Below are positions 40,191 to 53,833 of a DNA stretch of 64,000 bases, piece by piece. Within the stretch, counting starts at the first letter, position 1, and each line of letters opens with the position of its first letter. Made by a program: the position numbers and the translations under genes. The stretch is from Octopus sinensis (Eukaryota). The notes below the pieces were generated by a model that worked only from the letters and a program-made list of their open reading frames with translations, was not told the origin of the DNA and searched no databases. Where the stretch lies: positions 29,883,360-29,947,359 of the forward strand of contig NC_043019.1 of the NCBI RefSeq assembly GCF_006345805.1. The letters are read 5' to 3'.

Positions 40191-40374
40191 CACATTAAAT
40201 AAGCTATATCACATTGTCCTAGTGAAATAAAAGAGTTTTAAAAATTGATTTTTTTCATTTTAACCTATTTTCAATCATCTGTAACAATTTAAAAGTAATA
40301 TTCAGAAATTTGGGTTAAACCTGTTGTTTGGGACATCAATAAACATGAAATTTTGATGGGAGATTTAAATTTAA

Positions 40375-40539
40375 TCCTTTACCATTCAGATTATCTTGTA
40401 GCTTTGAGATTTCAATGATGTGATTCTATATTTTTAGAATGACATTGTAGGAGAGGTGTAAGAGATCAGATCTGGTCAGTTTGGACATAAAACAGTTAGA
40501 ATATTTAGGCCGGATGTGGCTAGTTTAAATCCTAATGGG
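40375..40539 (-). mobile_element. TTAA-flanked MITE, shorter copy
   Basis: Reverse complement matches 12930-13150; TTAA flanks. Confidence 0.6.
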
Positions 40540-40699
40540 TTAAATTATTTTAAAGCAAGATGTTTGAATCATAGAACCAGGGGCAGTCTTAGGCAGGTTG
40601 GTATCAAAAAGGTTTTAAGACAGTGACAGGTGATTTGTAGATGATTTGGCTGCTATTTCTAGCTGGTCGAACAACCACATACACCCTCATTCTCACATC

Positions 40700-41390
40700 G
40701 TTGTAGTGGTAGTGGTGGTGATGATGATGATTGTGATAGCTGTTGTGATGGAAGTGATTATGGTGGTCTAGTGCTAGAAACTACACCAATGATAATGATA
40801 AAGGTTAAGGTGATAGTGGCGTAGGTGGTAGTGATGGTAGTGGTGGTGATGGTGGTGGCGGCAATGGTTGTAGGTGGTGGTGGCAGCGATGGTGGTGGTG
40901 ATGGTGGTGGTGGTGGTGGTAGTGGCAATGGTAATAATGATGGTGGTGGTGATGGTAATGGTGGTGGTAGTGGCAGCGATGGGGGTGGTGATGGTGGTGG
41001 TGGTCGTCGTGATGGTGGTGGTGGTGGTCGTGATGGTGGTGGTGGTGGTGGTCGTGATGGTGGTGATTGTGGTGGTGGTGATGGTGGTGGTGATGGTGGT
41101 GGTGGTGTTGATGGTAGTGATGATGATGATGTTGGTGATGGTTGTGGTGGTGGTGGTGATGGTGATGGCAACGATTACAGTGGTTGTAGAAACAACAACA
41201 ATGCTGCTGCTACTGCTACTGAAGAAGATGATTGTGGTGTTGGTGGTAGTGGTGGTAAGGGGAACAATAATGGCAGTAGTGGCCACAACAACTACCGCAA
41301 TGACAACGATGACGACATCGCTGATGATGATGATGATATCGATAATGACGACGACGACAACGACGACATCGACGACGATGCTGATGATGA
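40700..41390. repeat. (GGT)n/(GAT)n/(GAC)n trinucleotide tract
   Basis: Read directly. Confidence 0.95.
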
Positions 41391-41693
41391 ATTATTCCAG
41401 CAGAGGTTAGAAAAAGAGATTCCTATCTTGATGTATGGATTTCTATCAGGACAAAAATCCATACATCGCTCTTTTTGCTGTCTATGTTCCTCCATAGCAT
41501 GTCTTCTTGCGGTGTTTAGTTTCACTAAACACTTTTATTGTTTAACTCTATACACTACTGATAGTATTTATTCTTGTTGTTGCGGTTGTTGTTTAATCTC
41601 CTCCAGCTCAGCCCTGACTCAGCTGTGAGGCAGTCATGCGATCGAACATGTTCCAGCTGTGACCATCCTGCCTGTTATGCACATATGTTCTTT

Positions 41694-42103
41694 TATTCTT
41701 TCACTTGTTTTCAGTCATTTGACTGCGGCCATGCTGGAGCACCGCCTTTAGTAGTTGCAAATCGACCCCAGGACTTATTCTTTGTAAGCCTAGTACTTAT
41801 TCTATTGGTCTCTCTTGCCGAACCGCTAAGTGATGGGGACGTAAACACACCAGCATTGGTTGTCAAGAGATGTTGGGGGGATAAACACAGACACACAAAC
41901 ATATACATACACACATACACACACACACATATATATATACGATGGGCTTCTTTCAGTTTCCATCTACCAAATTCACTCACAAGGCTTTGGTTGGCCCGAG
42001 GCTATAGTAGAAGACACTTGCCCAAGGTGCCATGCAATGGGACTGAACCCGGAATCATGTGGTTGGCAAGCAAGCTACTTACCACACAGCCACTCTTACG
42101 TCT
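41694..42103 (-). mobile_element. SINE family 3
   Basis: Same structure. Confidence 0.82.
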
Positions 42104-42253
42104 ATGTAGAAAACCGTTTGTTTCCCAAACAAATGATTCTAGGTTCAGTCCCACTGAGTGGCGTCTTGAGCAAATGTCTTCTACTATAACCTTGGGCTGA
42201 CCAAAGTTTTGTGAGTGGATTTGGTAGACAGAAGCTGATAGAAGCCTGTTGTA

Positions 42254-42284
<31 letters not shown>

Positions 42285-42959
42285 ATCTTTGTGTCTGTGT
42301 TTGTGCTCCACCACCATTTGGCAGCCATTGTATATCATTATTCAGTTTTATTTCGAGATTTCTTGCCAATAGAGAAAGAATTGGTTTCTAACTTAGATCC
42401 AAGATTCTTTCATTGGAATTTCAACAACATCAATAGGACATTTTTGCAAGTATTCATGCATGTGCAGTATTTGGAGTCATTGCATCTGTAGATCTGTATG
42501 CTTTCTTTTATGTATGTATTCTCATGCATACAGTTGCATGTCTAGACACGAGCATATATACTTAAATGGTAAACTTTTGAAAAGTTTTACAAATGTGTAG
42601 TCTGATGGATGAAGAGGACAACAGAAGGAGAAGCAACGGGAGAAAGAAATACAAAAGGCCTTACCTCGGCGAAGATCAGAGGTCTCTTACTAATTGGACA
42701 CGTCCTGTCGCTTCCTCGTCTATGCTCGAACTGTCCCTTCATCAATGACCATACGTGCGGCGTCCTGCTTGACCTCTTCCGCTTCCTGTGACGCATGCAC
42801 TCTGCAGTCTTCCGCCAGCCCCTGCAAGCTATACTTCTGCCCGCCTCATCTGTCATCCTATCCACCAGCACCACATAGCTCATCACATCCCACAACACCA
42901 ACTGCCAACACCACAAAATGTATGTATGCTTGTACGTATGTTTGTCAGTCTCTCTTTAG

Positions 42960-43325
42960 GAGAAGGTCATTGTGATGTATTACTAGAGATGCAGGGAATG
43001 ACATTGAATGCTTTGGAGATCTTTTACTTGTGCTTGATATCAAGGTGCTCCCACATTCCTGAAACTGTGACCCATATTGGTACTGGATATCTTGCCATGG
43101 GTTGCCTCTGGATCATGTCCGTAGGGCAGAGAAGTTTTTTTTTTGAGAAGGTCACAGTGATGTATTACCAGAGATGCAGGGAATGGCATTGAATGTCTTG
43201 GAGATCTTTTACTTGTGCTTGATATCAAGATGCTCCCACATTCCTGAAACTGTGACACATATTGGTACTGGATATCTTGCCATGGGTTGTCTCTGGATCA
43301 TGTCCGTAGGGCAGAGAAGATTTTT
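42960..43325. repeat. Direct tandem duplication of ~185 bp
   Basis: agaaggtca..gatgtatta..agagatgcagggaatg..gtccgtagggcagagaag twice, highly similar. Confidence 0.9.
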
Positions 43326-43564
43326 TTTGAGGTGCTGTGCAAGTCCTGTTGGACCTAAAATTTTAGGTTGTACAATCACTAGTGAAGCAACTATCAGCTG
43401 CCCAGTTGATTAGGAGGGTGTTGTGGTAAGCATGGAAGCCATGGATGTGAACCCAAGTGAAGCCAACTGCTGTTGCAACAACCTCACACATGGGTAATGG
43501 TCAGTAATGGTCTTCCTTGGATGCAACAGGGTAGCCATCATCATCATCATCATCATCATCATCA

Positions 43565-43946
43565 TGTGGCACTCTGTTGGTTACGACGATGAGGGTTCTA
43601 GTTGATCCAATCAGCAGAGCAGCCTGCTTGTAAAATTAACATGCAAGTGGCTGAGCACTCCAAAGACATGTGTACTTTTAATGTAGTTCTTGGGGAGATT
43701 CAGCGTGACACAGAGTGTGACAAGGCTGGCCCTTTGAAATCAGAACCAGCAGAAACAGGAAGAAAGAGTGAGAGAAAGTTGTGGTGAAAGAGTACAGTAG
43801 GGTTTGCCACCACCCCCTGCAGGAGCCTTGTGGAGCTTTAGGTGTTTTCGCGCAATAAACATTCTCAACACCTGGTCTGGGAATCGAAACCGTGATCCTA
43901 TGACAGCGAGTCTGCTACCCTAACCACTGGGCCGTTGCACCTCCAC
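43565..43946 (-). mobile_element. SINE family 1
   Basis: Full-length reverse copy; TSD catcatcatgt. Confidence 0.85.
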
Positions 43947-44540
43947 CATCATCATGTATGTATGTAAGTGCGTGCATGTGTATTGTTTATGTTGCTTTGC
44001 ATTGATCGAAAGGTATAAACAATTAATTAAAAGACGCCTTTATGACGTTGCCCCAGAATGGCCACATCTGAATGACTGACACCAGTAAAAGAATACATGT
44101 AAGAGAGTGAGCAGGGGGAGGAGAAGATGAAGTTTGGTGAATAACCTGAGAATAGACTGATTGAAATGCTGTGTAGACAGACACATAAAAGTTAAGTTTA
44201 TGTCCAAACGTCTGAAGGGGAAAAAATACAGAAAATCTCTTCTCTAGTTTAGGCTTTTGTTCAACTGTTTGAATACAAACTATAATCTTTGTATACATCT
44301 TTTTGTCACACAGATAATCTGTATGCAGTCAGTGTTTATTGATGTAAACTTTTATATCTAAGTATTTAGAGCTGTAATTCTCTCCATGAAAGCGCATGGC
44401 TCAGTGGTTAAAGCGTCGGCCTCACAATCACGAGGTTGTGAATTTGATTCCTGGACCAGGCTGTGTGTTGCCTTCTTGAGCAAGACACTTTATTTCACAT
44501 TGTTCCAGTTCACTCAGTTATAGAAATGAGTTGTGATTAA

Positions 44541-44771
44541 GGCGGCGAGCTGGCAGAAATGTTTGCACGCTGGGTGAAATGCTTAGTGGTATTTCATCTG
44601 CCGTTACGTTCTGAGTTCAAATTCCGCCAAGGTCGACTTTGCCTTTCATCCTTTTGGGGTCGATTAAATAAGTAACAGTTATGCACTGGGGTCGATATAA
44701 TCGACTTAACCCGTTTGTCTGTCCTTGTTTGACCCCTCTGTGTTTAGCCCCTTGTGGGTAGTAAAGAAATA
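44541..44771 (+). mobile_element. SINE family 2
   Basis: Full copy by similarity. Confidence 0.8.
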
Positions 44772-45327
44772 GGATATTGTACTAATGATTGCAAGATTGC
44801 GGTTTCGATTCTCAGACTCAGCAGTGCATTGTGTTCTTGGGGAAAAAACATTCTCATTTCCTGTTGCACTGTGGTAATTTTGACATCTGATGTATGAAAC
44901 ACTGTGCACCTGTTTTGGAAACTTTAATTTGATAGTGAGAATGAACTAATGTGCAGCACAGACAGTTGATCACTTTAAACAAATTATCTGTGCAAGTAAT
45001 TACAGAGCAGTCATATTGTTTATGACAGGAAAGAACTGTGATGTATATGATAACTTCAGATGGAGCAAAAATTAGAATTTCCAATTTACTGTAGAATGGG
45101 TGTATGCATGCGTGTGTGTGTGAGTGTGTGTGTGTATGTGCATGCGTGTATGTGCACACAAGTGTGTGTATGCGTGTGCATGTGTGTGTGTGCATGCGCA
45201 CGTGTGTGTGTGTGGTATGTATGCATGAGTGTGTATGCATATGTATATATATTTATGGATGTGCGTGTGTGTATGGATGCTTGATAACTGGTTTTGGTTT
45301 GTTTATATCCCTATAATAGAGGGAAGG

Positions 45328-45624
45328 GGAGGCGCAAGGGCCCAGTGGTTAGGGCAGCGAACTCGCAGTTTCAATTCCCAGACTGGGCGTTGGGTGTGTT
45401 TATTGAGTGAAAACACCTAAAAGTTCCGCGAGGCTCTGGCAGGGGGTGGTGGCGACCCCTGTTGTACTCTTTCACCACAACTTTCTCTCACTCTCTCTTC
45501 CTGTTTCTTGAGTAACTCTGTGATGGACTGGTGTCCCATCCAGCTGGGGGGAACACATATGCCACAGAAACCGGGAAACCGGGCCCATGAGCCTGGCTAC
45601 GCTTGAAAAGGGTGACGTTTATCG
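45328..45624 (+). mobile_element. Chimeric SINE: family 1 head plus family 4 tail
   Basis: Tail gagtaac..gtgatggactggtgtcccatc..gggcccatgagcctggcta matches the reverse complement of 53250-53360. Confidence 0.7.
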
Positions 45625-46356
45625 TAATAGAAGGAGGGGCAATATCCTTCACTTTATATTTTATTCAGATCTTTCAAAACTGGTGTGTGAGTGTATTGGT
45701 ATGGGATGACCTGTATGGGATGACCTGTATACAGAAATCCCTACCCTTTTGGTATTTAGTATGAGTTACATCTTATACTAATGCGTATCTAGCCATTCAC
45801 TAAACACATATAATAAAAGAAGTAAGAGGGTGATAAAATACCGGTTTTCATATAATAGATTAAAAGGCTAAAACCCTTGAAAATCGATGCTCCTGCATGG
45901 CCACAATCTGAAGCGTGAGGCCATTAAATGAGTAAAAGAATGTTCTTTATTATTGTTGTTTAACTTTTGAGGAAGTGTGAAAGAATAAAAGAATGTATGT
46001 TCTTTTATTGCTATTATTTAATAACGGTAAATTATTGTTATATTATAATTACGTCATTTGTTTAACTTTTTTGTATGTATTTATTGGTATTTACTTCCTA
46101 TTTTCCAGGAAAATGCTATTTATCCTGTTTTCTTTAATATTTTATTTGTTTTCACTATAATCATTGGTTTCATTTTGCGTTTCGCTGTTTTTGTCTGTTT
46201 TGTATTACAACCAACTTAGCAAAACTCTTATTTTAAAACCTTTCACTGTGGAAATCAGATACACTCACTTAAAATTTCATTATCCTTAACTGCGGAAAGC
46301 AGTTTTACCTACCGCTGTATCATTTGTCGAGGAAAGTCATGCCTACTTTTTTTTTT

Positions 46357-46510
46357 TACTCTTTTACTTGTTTCAGTCATTTGACTGTGGCCATGCTGGA
46401 GCACCGCCTTTAGGTTACGGGGATGTAAACACACCAGCATCAGTTGTCAAGCGATGTTGGGGGGACAAATACAGACACACAAACATTTACACAAACACAC
46501 ACACACACAT

Positions 46511-46563
<53 letters not shown>

Positions 46564-46730
46564 CACAACAGGCTTCTTTCTGTTTCCGTCTACCAAATCC
46601 ACTCATAAGGCTTTGGTAAGCCTGAGCCTATAGTAAAAGACACTTGCCCAAGATGCCACGCAGTGGGACTGAACCTAGAACCATGTGGTTTGTAAGAAAG
46701 CTACTTACCACACAGCCACTCCTACGCCTA
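46357..46730 (-). mobile_element. SINE family 3 with internal deletion
   Basis: Same structure, lacking part of the 3' module. Confidence 0.78.
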
Positions 46731-46747
46731 TTCTGTTGAGGAATATC

Positions 46748-47950
46748 ATAATAATAATAATAATTGTGTACAGTGCTCAGGTGCACTACAACTCATCTAA
46801 AGTGTATATATAATCAGGTGTAGTTTCGACGGATTTCGGGAAGCATGAGGGCCTTAAAGGATGCAGTGTCATGGCAGTCAACAACTGATGCAAGCAGTTT
46901 ATTCTACGCTTCAGCAACCCTGAGCATGAAAAAATGTTTCCGAAAGTCATGGGAGCTGTGCTGTTTTCTGACTTTGTAGGCATGTCCACGTGTGTTAGAC
47001 ACATGGAGATCAAGAAGGTGTTCAGTGTTGTTGTTGGTAAGGTGGTTGATAACCTTGTGGGTGTTTACCAAGTCCGTCGCTAGACGCCGGAGCTTCAGTG
47101 AATCCATGCCCAGGGAAACAAGGCGCTCAGAATATGGTAGGTGTTTGATGGAGGGTATGCGTTTGGTTGCACGTCTCTGGACAGATTCCAGGAGGTCAAT
47201 GTTCTGAGCAAGATAGGGATTCCAAACTGATGATGCGAATTCCAAGTGTGGTCGTACCATAGCTGTATACAGTTTTAAATAGATGGCTGGAGAGCGGCTA
47301 ACAAAAGTCTTGCTGAGTGATGCCAAGACACCCTCGGCCTTCTTGACAATTTTAGAGATATGCTTTGTCCAACGCAAATCACTGCTGACAGTGATGCCTA
47401 GGTCACGCTCGCAAGAGGATTTCTTGATATCAGTGTTGTGGAGGGAGTATGTGGACGCAGGTTTTTTCTCCCAAAATGCATGGTGGTACACTTGTCCACA
47501 GCCAGTTTCAGTTGCCAGTCTGTGATCCATTGCTGCATTGTGTCTAGGTCTGATTGCAGGAAAGAGTTGTAGACATCAGGATCAGTCCTCTTGATTTCAA
47601 GGTACAGCTTGATGTCGTCTGCATATTTCAATACTGTGGCATTCTTTAAATTGGCATCTATGTCATTAATGTATGCCACAAACAGGAGGGGACCAAGGAC
47701 AGATCCCTGTGGTACACCCGATGACATCTCATATGGTGTAGAGTGCTGTCCTAGAACTGTGACTACCTCCTTTCGGCTGAGGATGAAGGATTTCAACCAG
47801 TTAAAAAGGTCATCCCCCACACCCATTGCAGAGAGTTTCACCATAAGCCTTTTGTGTGGCACAGAGTTGAAAGCCTTAGCAAAGTCAAGGTAGACAACAT
47901 CCACCCATGAGCCACTGTCAGTGATCTGAGTAATGTCCTCAAGGAACTCA
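46748..47950 (-). mobile_element. 5'-truncated CR1/L2-group LINE (reverse transcriptase 3' part)
   Basis: YLDFAKAF, SGVPQGSVLGPLLF, YADD RT motifs, then RPHLEFASSVWNPY..ESVQRRATKRI. One frameshift near 47530, premature TAG at 46904, 3' UTR ending in an (ATT)n tail. Confidence 0.92.
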
Positions 47951-48180
47951 TGTTAGAAACTATTTGCTGTTGAGATATGTCAAGTTTATTGAGGCAACAC
48001 AACTTGCAGAAAATGCCAATTGTATGTTTTGGTAGATATATAATATCATTGTGTGCCAATGATTCCACCAGCTTGCTGCCTTGTACACAACTAAATAATG
48101 CAAGACAAAAGTCTGACATCCGAGTATTTTTTTTTCTAATCCAGCATTTCATCTTTTAGTTTGGTGTTCCACTATTTCTT

Positions 48181-48412
48181 ATTTCTTTACTACCCACAAG
48201 GGGCTACACACAGAGGGGGGAAAAACAAGGACAGACAAACGGATTAGGTTGATTACATCAACCCCAGTGCATAACTGGTACTTATTTAATCAACTCTGAA
48301 AGGATGAAAGGCAAAGTTGACCTCAACGGAATTTGAACTCAGGACCTAGCTGCAGACAAAATACTACTAAGCATTTCACCCAGCGTGCTAATGTTTCTGC
48401 CAGCTCGCCGCC
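48181..48412 (-). mobile_element. SINE family 2
   Basis: Full copy by similarity. Confidence 0.8.
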
Positions 48413-48536
48413 TTTCTGCTTACTCCACTGCCTAAAAGGATGAAAGATAAAGTTGACCTTAAGGGAATTTAAATGGATGAAATGCTACTATGCATTTTGC
48501 CCAGCACGCTAACAATTCTACCAGTTCACCACCTTG

Positions 48537-48926
48537 TGGGAAGCACTCTGTCGGTTACGACGACGACGAGGGTTCCGGTTGATCCGAATCAGCAGAACAG
48601 CCTGCTCGTGAAATTAACATATAAGTGGCTGAGCACTCCACAGACACGTGTACCCTTAACGTAGTTCTCGGGGATATTCAGCGTGACACAGAGAGTGACA
48701 AGGCCGGCCCTTTGAAATACAGGTACAGCAGAAACAGGAAGTAAGAGTGAGAGAAAGTTGTGGTGAAAGAGTACAGCAGGGATCACCACCATCCCCTGCC
48801 GGAGCCTCGTGGAGCTTTTAGGTGTTTTCGCTCAATAAACACTCACAACGCCCGGTCTGGGAATCGAAACCGCGATCCTATGACCGCGAGTCCGCTGCCC
48901 TAACCACTGGGCCATTGCGCCTCCAC
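48537..48926 (-). mobile_element. SINE family 1
   Basis: Full-length reverse copy; TSD tcaccaccttg. Confidence 0.88.
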
Positions 48927-49456
48927 ATCACCACCTTGCACACAACTAAATAATGCAAGGCATTTGTGTCTGACATTCAAACAAGTTTTTTTTTTCCTAA
49001 TCCAGCATTCCATCTTTTAGTCTGGTGTTCCAATGTTTCTGCTTGCTCCACTGCCTGTCTTAAATATTGATCTACTTGCAGTTGGGTAAATAGCTTCTAT
49101 TTCTCAGCATCAATTAGTTATTTTGAAAGATATCATTAACAAATCTATCCTGATTCATTGAACTGACCTTAAATCTGTTTCACATGTCTGCTTCCATACT
49201 GGGATTTCTTTTTTAGAAGAATTAATTTTCATCCATATTTGAGGTTGTATTGATTTCTAAAATACACAAGGCAAGCAGCAGGAAGGATTTAGTCTCGTTT
49301 TGTTCTCTACAATAATTCTATTCATGTCTATAAGGCCTGGGAGGAATATTAATAGACTTGACTAGTGCTTTATTTTATAAACCTTGGATGGATGCAAGGC
49401 AAATATGACCTCGATTTGTTTGAACTCAGAACATAAAGCATCATAACTAATTACCT

Positions 49457-49686
49457 ATTTCTTTACTACCCACAAGGAGCTACACACAGAGGGGACAAAC
49501 AAGGACAGACAAACGGATTAAGTCATTTACATCGACCCCAGTGCGTAACTGGTACTTTATTTATCGACCCCGAAAGGATGAATGGCAAAGTCGATCTTAG
49601 CGGAATTTGAACTCAGAACGTAACGGCAGACGAAATACGGCTACGCATTTCGCCCGGCGTGCTAACATTTCTGCCAGCTTGTTGCT
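49457..49686 (-). mobile_element. SINE family 2
   Basis: TSD agcatcataactaa(t/a)tacc. Confidence 0.8.
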
Positions 49687-50736
49687 AAATACCACAGCAT
49701 CATAACTAAATACCACAAGGTGTTTCTCTGTCACTCTGAACCAGGGGAATCCCCAACCATTTTCTGCCAATGGACCCTTCTGATTCCTGTTTTAATCTAC
49801 TGGACCTTAATAGCCATTCAATGCTTAAAAATTCCTATTATGTTTATATTATATTCATATAATTAAATATTATTAAGAACTGTATAAAACAATTATTAAA
49901 ATATTTCGTGTATTTATTTTTCATCTTTTACTTGTTTCACTAATTAGACTACGGCCATGCTGGGGCATCACCTTGAAGAATTTTAGTCAAACAAATCGAC
50001 CCCTAGTACATTCTTTTGTTCTTTCTCTGGTTTCAACCAGTTGACTGTGGCCATGCTGGAGCACTGCCTTGAAGGGTTTTAGTTAAACAAATTGACCCCA
50101 GGACTAATTTGTTAAAGCCAAGTACTTATTCTATCAACCTCTTTTGATGAACCACTAAGTAATGGGGACGTAAACACATCAGCCCCTGTTGTCAAGCGGT
50201 GATGGGGGAGACAAAGACAGACACAATGACACACACACACACAGATATATACACTCACACACATATATATATATATGTGTGTATATATATATATATGATG
50301 GGCTTCTTTCAGTTGCTGTCTACCAAATCTACTCACAAGGCTTTGGTTGGCCTGAGGCTATAGTAGAAGACACTTGTCCAAGGTTCCACAAGCAAGCTTT
50401 ACCACATAGCCAAATTTTTAAAGCCTGGTACTTGTTCTCTTTGCCTCTTTTGCTGAACTGCTAAGTTACAGGAACATAAACACAGCAGTGTTGTAGAAGG
50501 ATAACCAGTTTTATTGCACATAAATTTTAACAACAAAATCTTTTATGGACCCCCTCCCCCCATGGGTTATATGGACCCTGGTTAAGAAGCACTGCTCTAA
50601 AGAGTCTGCCATATTAATACCAATATTTGACAAGTACTTATTTCACCTACTTACAGATAGATGAAAGGTAAACCTGACCTTGATGGGGTTTGAACTCAGA
50701 GAGCAAAGGGTCCTCACAAAATACCAAAAGGTATAA

Positions 50737-51158
50737 GGTGCCAAGCTGGCAGAAACGTTAGCACGCCGGGCGAAATGCTTAGCGGTATTTCATCTGCCGT
50801 TACGTTCTGAGTTCAAATTCTGCTGAGGTCGACTTTGCCTTTCATCCTTTCGGGGTCGATAAATTAAGTACCAGTTACACACTGGGGTTGATGTAATCAA
50901 CTTAATCCATTTGTCTGTCCTTGTTTGTCCTCTCTGTGTTTTACCCCTTGTGGGTAGTGAAGAAATAGGTATTTCATCTGCCGTTACATTCTGAGTTCAA
51001 ATTCTGCCAAGGTCGACTTTGCCTTTCATCCTTTTGGGATCGATAAATTAAGTACCAGTTACACATTGGGGTCGATGTAATCGACTTAATCCGTTTGTCT
51101 ATCCTTGTTTGTCCTCTCTGTGTTTAGCCACCTGTGGACAATAAAGAAATAGGTATTT
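50737..51158 (+). mobile_element. SINE family 2 tandem dimer
   Basis: The second, 5'-truncated unit starts at ggtatttcatctgccg directly after the first unit's tail. Confidence 0.8.
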
Positions 51159-51755
51159 GGCTTGTCCACTACCCTTAACAATTCTGCCAAATAAGTCACC
51201 CATATTTTTAGCAGAGTTTAAAAAAAAATTATTAAATAGTTTTATTTTATTTTATTTTATTTTTTTCCCCTATTCTCTCAGTTTTATTGAACAGAAGAAT
51301 ATCCACAGTATGTGTATGTATGCTTTTATTCAAAATGCCAACTGCTGAACACTCTGTGTACTATTGAAACTATTGTATGATTCTGTAGAAATAGAAATCA
51401 ATTTAGCAATAATTCTGAATGAAAATGTCGAATACTAATATCTGCTTTTATAATATTATTTAAGGAACTAGCAGGAACACTGTCCTGCAGTTATCATATT
51501 GTTTTCATTCTCTTTTTCTTTCTTATACTTTTATAATATATATATATTGCATTTTGTGAACAATAGCATTGCTGATTGGAGGTTTTCAGTGGGTCACTTA
51601 ACTGGTTCATTGCTTCTCTGAATATAAAACCGAGCAGAAAATGTCTGTGTAACTGAGGTGGACACACCGCAAGGAATTTTTATTTGGAAGCACCAGTTTA
51701 TTGCTTTTTTTTTTTTTTTTCTGCTGAGGTCTACACCTTTTGGCTATTATACATT

Positions 51756-51794
<39 letters not shown>

Positions 51795-51813
51795 CACACA
51801 CACACACACACAG

Positions 51814-51849
<36 letters not shown>

Positions 51850-52628
51850 ACACAGACACACACACACAGAGGCTTTCTCAGTCTTCATCTACCACATTCT
51901 TCTCACAAAGCATCAGCCAAAACCACGGCTAAAGTAAAAGTCATTCACCTAAATCTATTACACAACAGAATAGAACCAAATGATAACAAAATGAACTTGA
52001 TAATAATCTGGTTTGGTTTTGCCTCTGTCAGATGTGATAGAACAATCATTTTTATAAATGGTCTTGTAGCCTGAGTAAATTCGTTTTCAGTTTTATCTTC
52101 TTCAATTTTAATTATACTGACAAATTTGAACTGAAACTACTTCTGACTTTCAATAAGAAAAAAACTGTCAAATGCAGAAGAACAATCATTAAATCTACAA
52201 TTTCTTTATCTTCTCTCGAAAATTTGATTATTGTTTTATTTGGATATGTACCCACTTGTTATTTGGCTGTCACAAAATTCTGAAAAATTCATCATTTATT
52301 TACCCTCCTCCTTGTCGTCATCGTCGTCGTCAAATCATTTTAATGTCTGTTTTTCTATGCCTGCATGGGTCAGACCGAATTTTTCTATGCTCATGTGGGT
52401 TGGAATGGAATTTGTTGAGGTGGATTTTTCTACTGCTTGATGCCCTTCCTGTGATCAGCCCTCATCTGTTTCCAAGCAAGGTAATATTTCTCCTTGACCA
52501 GACATGTTTTTCACAGAAGACTGGAAATAAAGGACACTGCTTGTATGACAGTGACACTCATTTACAACTATTATGCTATATCAAGGGCAAGGAAACACTG
52601 AAACACACACACATCCATGCACACACAT

Positions 52629-53052
52629 GCATCATCATCATCCTGGTTAGGTGTCGCACTATGCGATGCTGTGGTCATCACGATGTCTTGCCACCTTCTC
52701 CTGTCCTCTACTCCCTGGACAGCCTAGAATAAAGACAATCCTGTGGCTGCGATGTCTTTCAGCCAAGAAGAGGGTGGTCTGCCTCTTTTACATCTGCCGT
52801 TCACCTTGCTAGTTATGATCGTTTGCTCAAGTCCATCCCGGTGCATGACGTGGCCAAAGAACCGTAGCTTCCGCTTCATGATGTTTCGCCGAAGCATCAT
52901 CTCGCAACCGAGCTTTTCTAGTATCCAGTTGTTCATCCTTCTCTCCGTCCATGACACTCTAAGGATTCTGCGGTAACACCACATTTCAAAAGCGCTCACT
53001 CTTTTCTTGTCTGCCTTCAATATTGTCCACGACTAGCAGCTGTACGTTGCAC
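52629..53052 (-). mobile_element. 3' fragment of an RTE-clade LINE
   Basis: AFEMWCYRRILRVSWTERR..RKLRFFGHVMHRDGLE..GRCKRGRP..W is the typical RTE ORF C-terminus; ends in a (GAT)n tail. Confidence 0.85.
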
Positions 53053-53244
53053 ATGCACACACATATGCACACCTATACTTCTTTCAGTTTCCACCTATCA
53101 AATCTACTCTCAGATTTGGTTGGCCTGAAGACATAGCAGAAGACACTTGCCGAAGGTGTCACACAGTGGGATGGACTGAACCCAGAATCATGTGGTTGGA
53201 AAGCAGAATTCTTATCATATGGCCATGTTGCACCTATTAAAAAT

Positions 53245-53505
53245 AAAATAAATAAATACGCCCTTTTAAAACCTAGCCAGGCTCATGGGCCCACTTTCCT
53301 GGTTTCAATGGCGTATGTGTTCCCCAGCTAGATGGGACACCAGTCCATCACAGCGTTACTCATTTTTGCCAGCTGAGTGGACTGGAGCAAGGTGAAATGA
53401 AGTGTTTTGCTCAAGAACACAACACGTCGCCCGGTCCAGGAACCGTAACCACAATCTTACAGTCATGATGCTGACACCCTAACCAGTAAGCCACGTGCTT
53501 CCACT
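53245..53505 (-). mobile_element. tRNA-headed SINE family 4
   Basis: Reverse complement: gtggaagcacgtggcttactggttagggtg..ggttcctggaccgggcgac..cttgagcaaaacacttcatttcac..(attt)n tail. Confidence 0.7.
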
Positions 53506-53775
53506 GCTTGCACCTATTACCAAACCATTATTTGCTGATAATCCTTGTTCTTCTTATGATACTGTTGACCATTCAGAAATCAAATAATACACATAAAATA
53601 GTTCTTTAGGTTAAACATATGTGAAAAGAAACACATATATAAAAGCACACATACATACATAGAGACGTATAAATGCATTGAAGCACATGCATACCAGGAG
53701 CATGTGTATACATATATAGAAACACACACACACATATATATAGAGAGAACCAACTATACACATACATATATAGCT

Positions 53776-53833
<58 letters not shown>

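Noticed and set aside
40774-41628. Long Gly/Asp-, Val- or Thr-rich ORFs (up to 267 aa)
   Set aside because: Translations of a GGT/GAT trinucleotide tract, open in several frames; no splice or domain evidence.
41574-42200. Recurrent peptide RHLPKVP.SGTEPG.MWL.SKLLTTQP in many ORFs
   Set aside because: Antisense reading of the SINE family 3 head, not a protein family.
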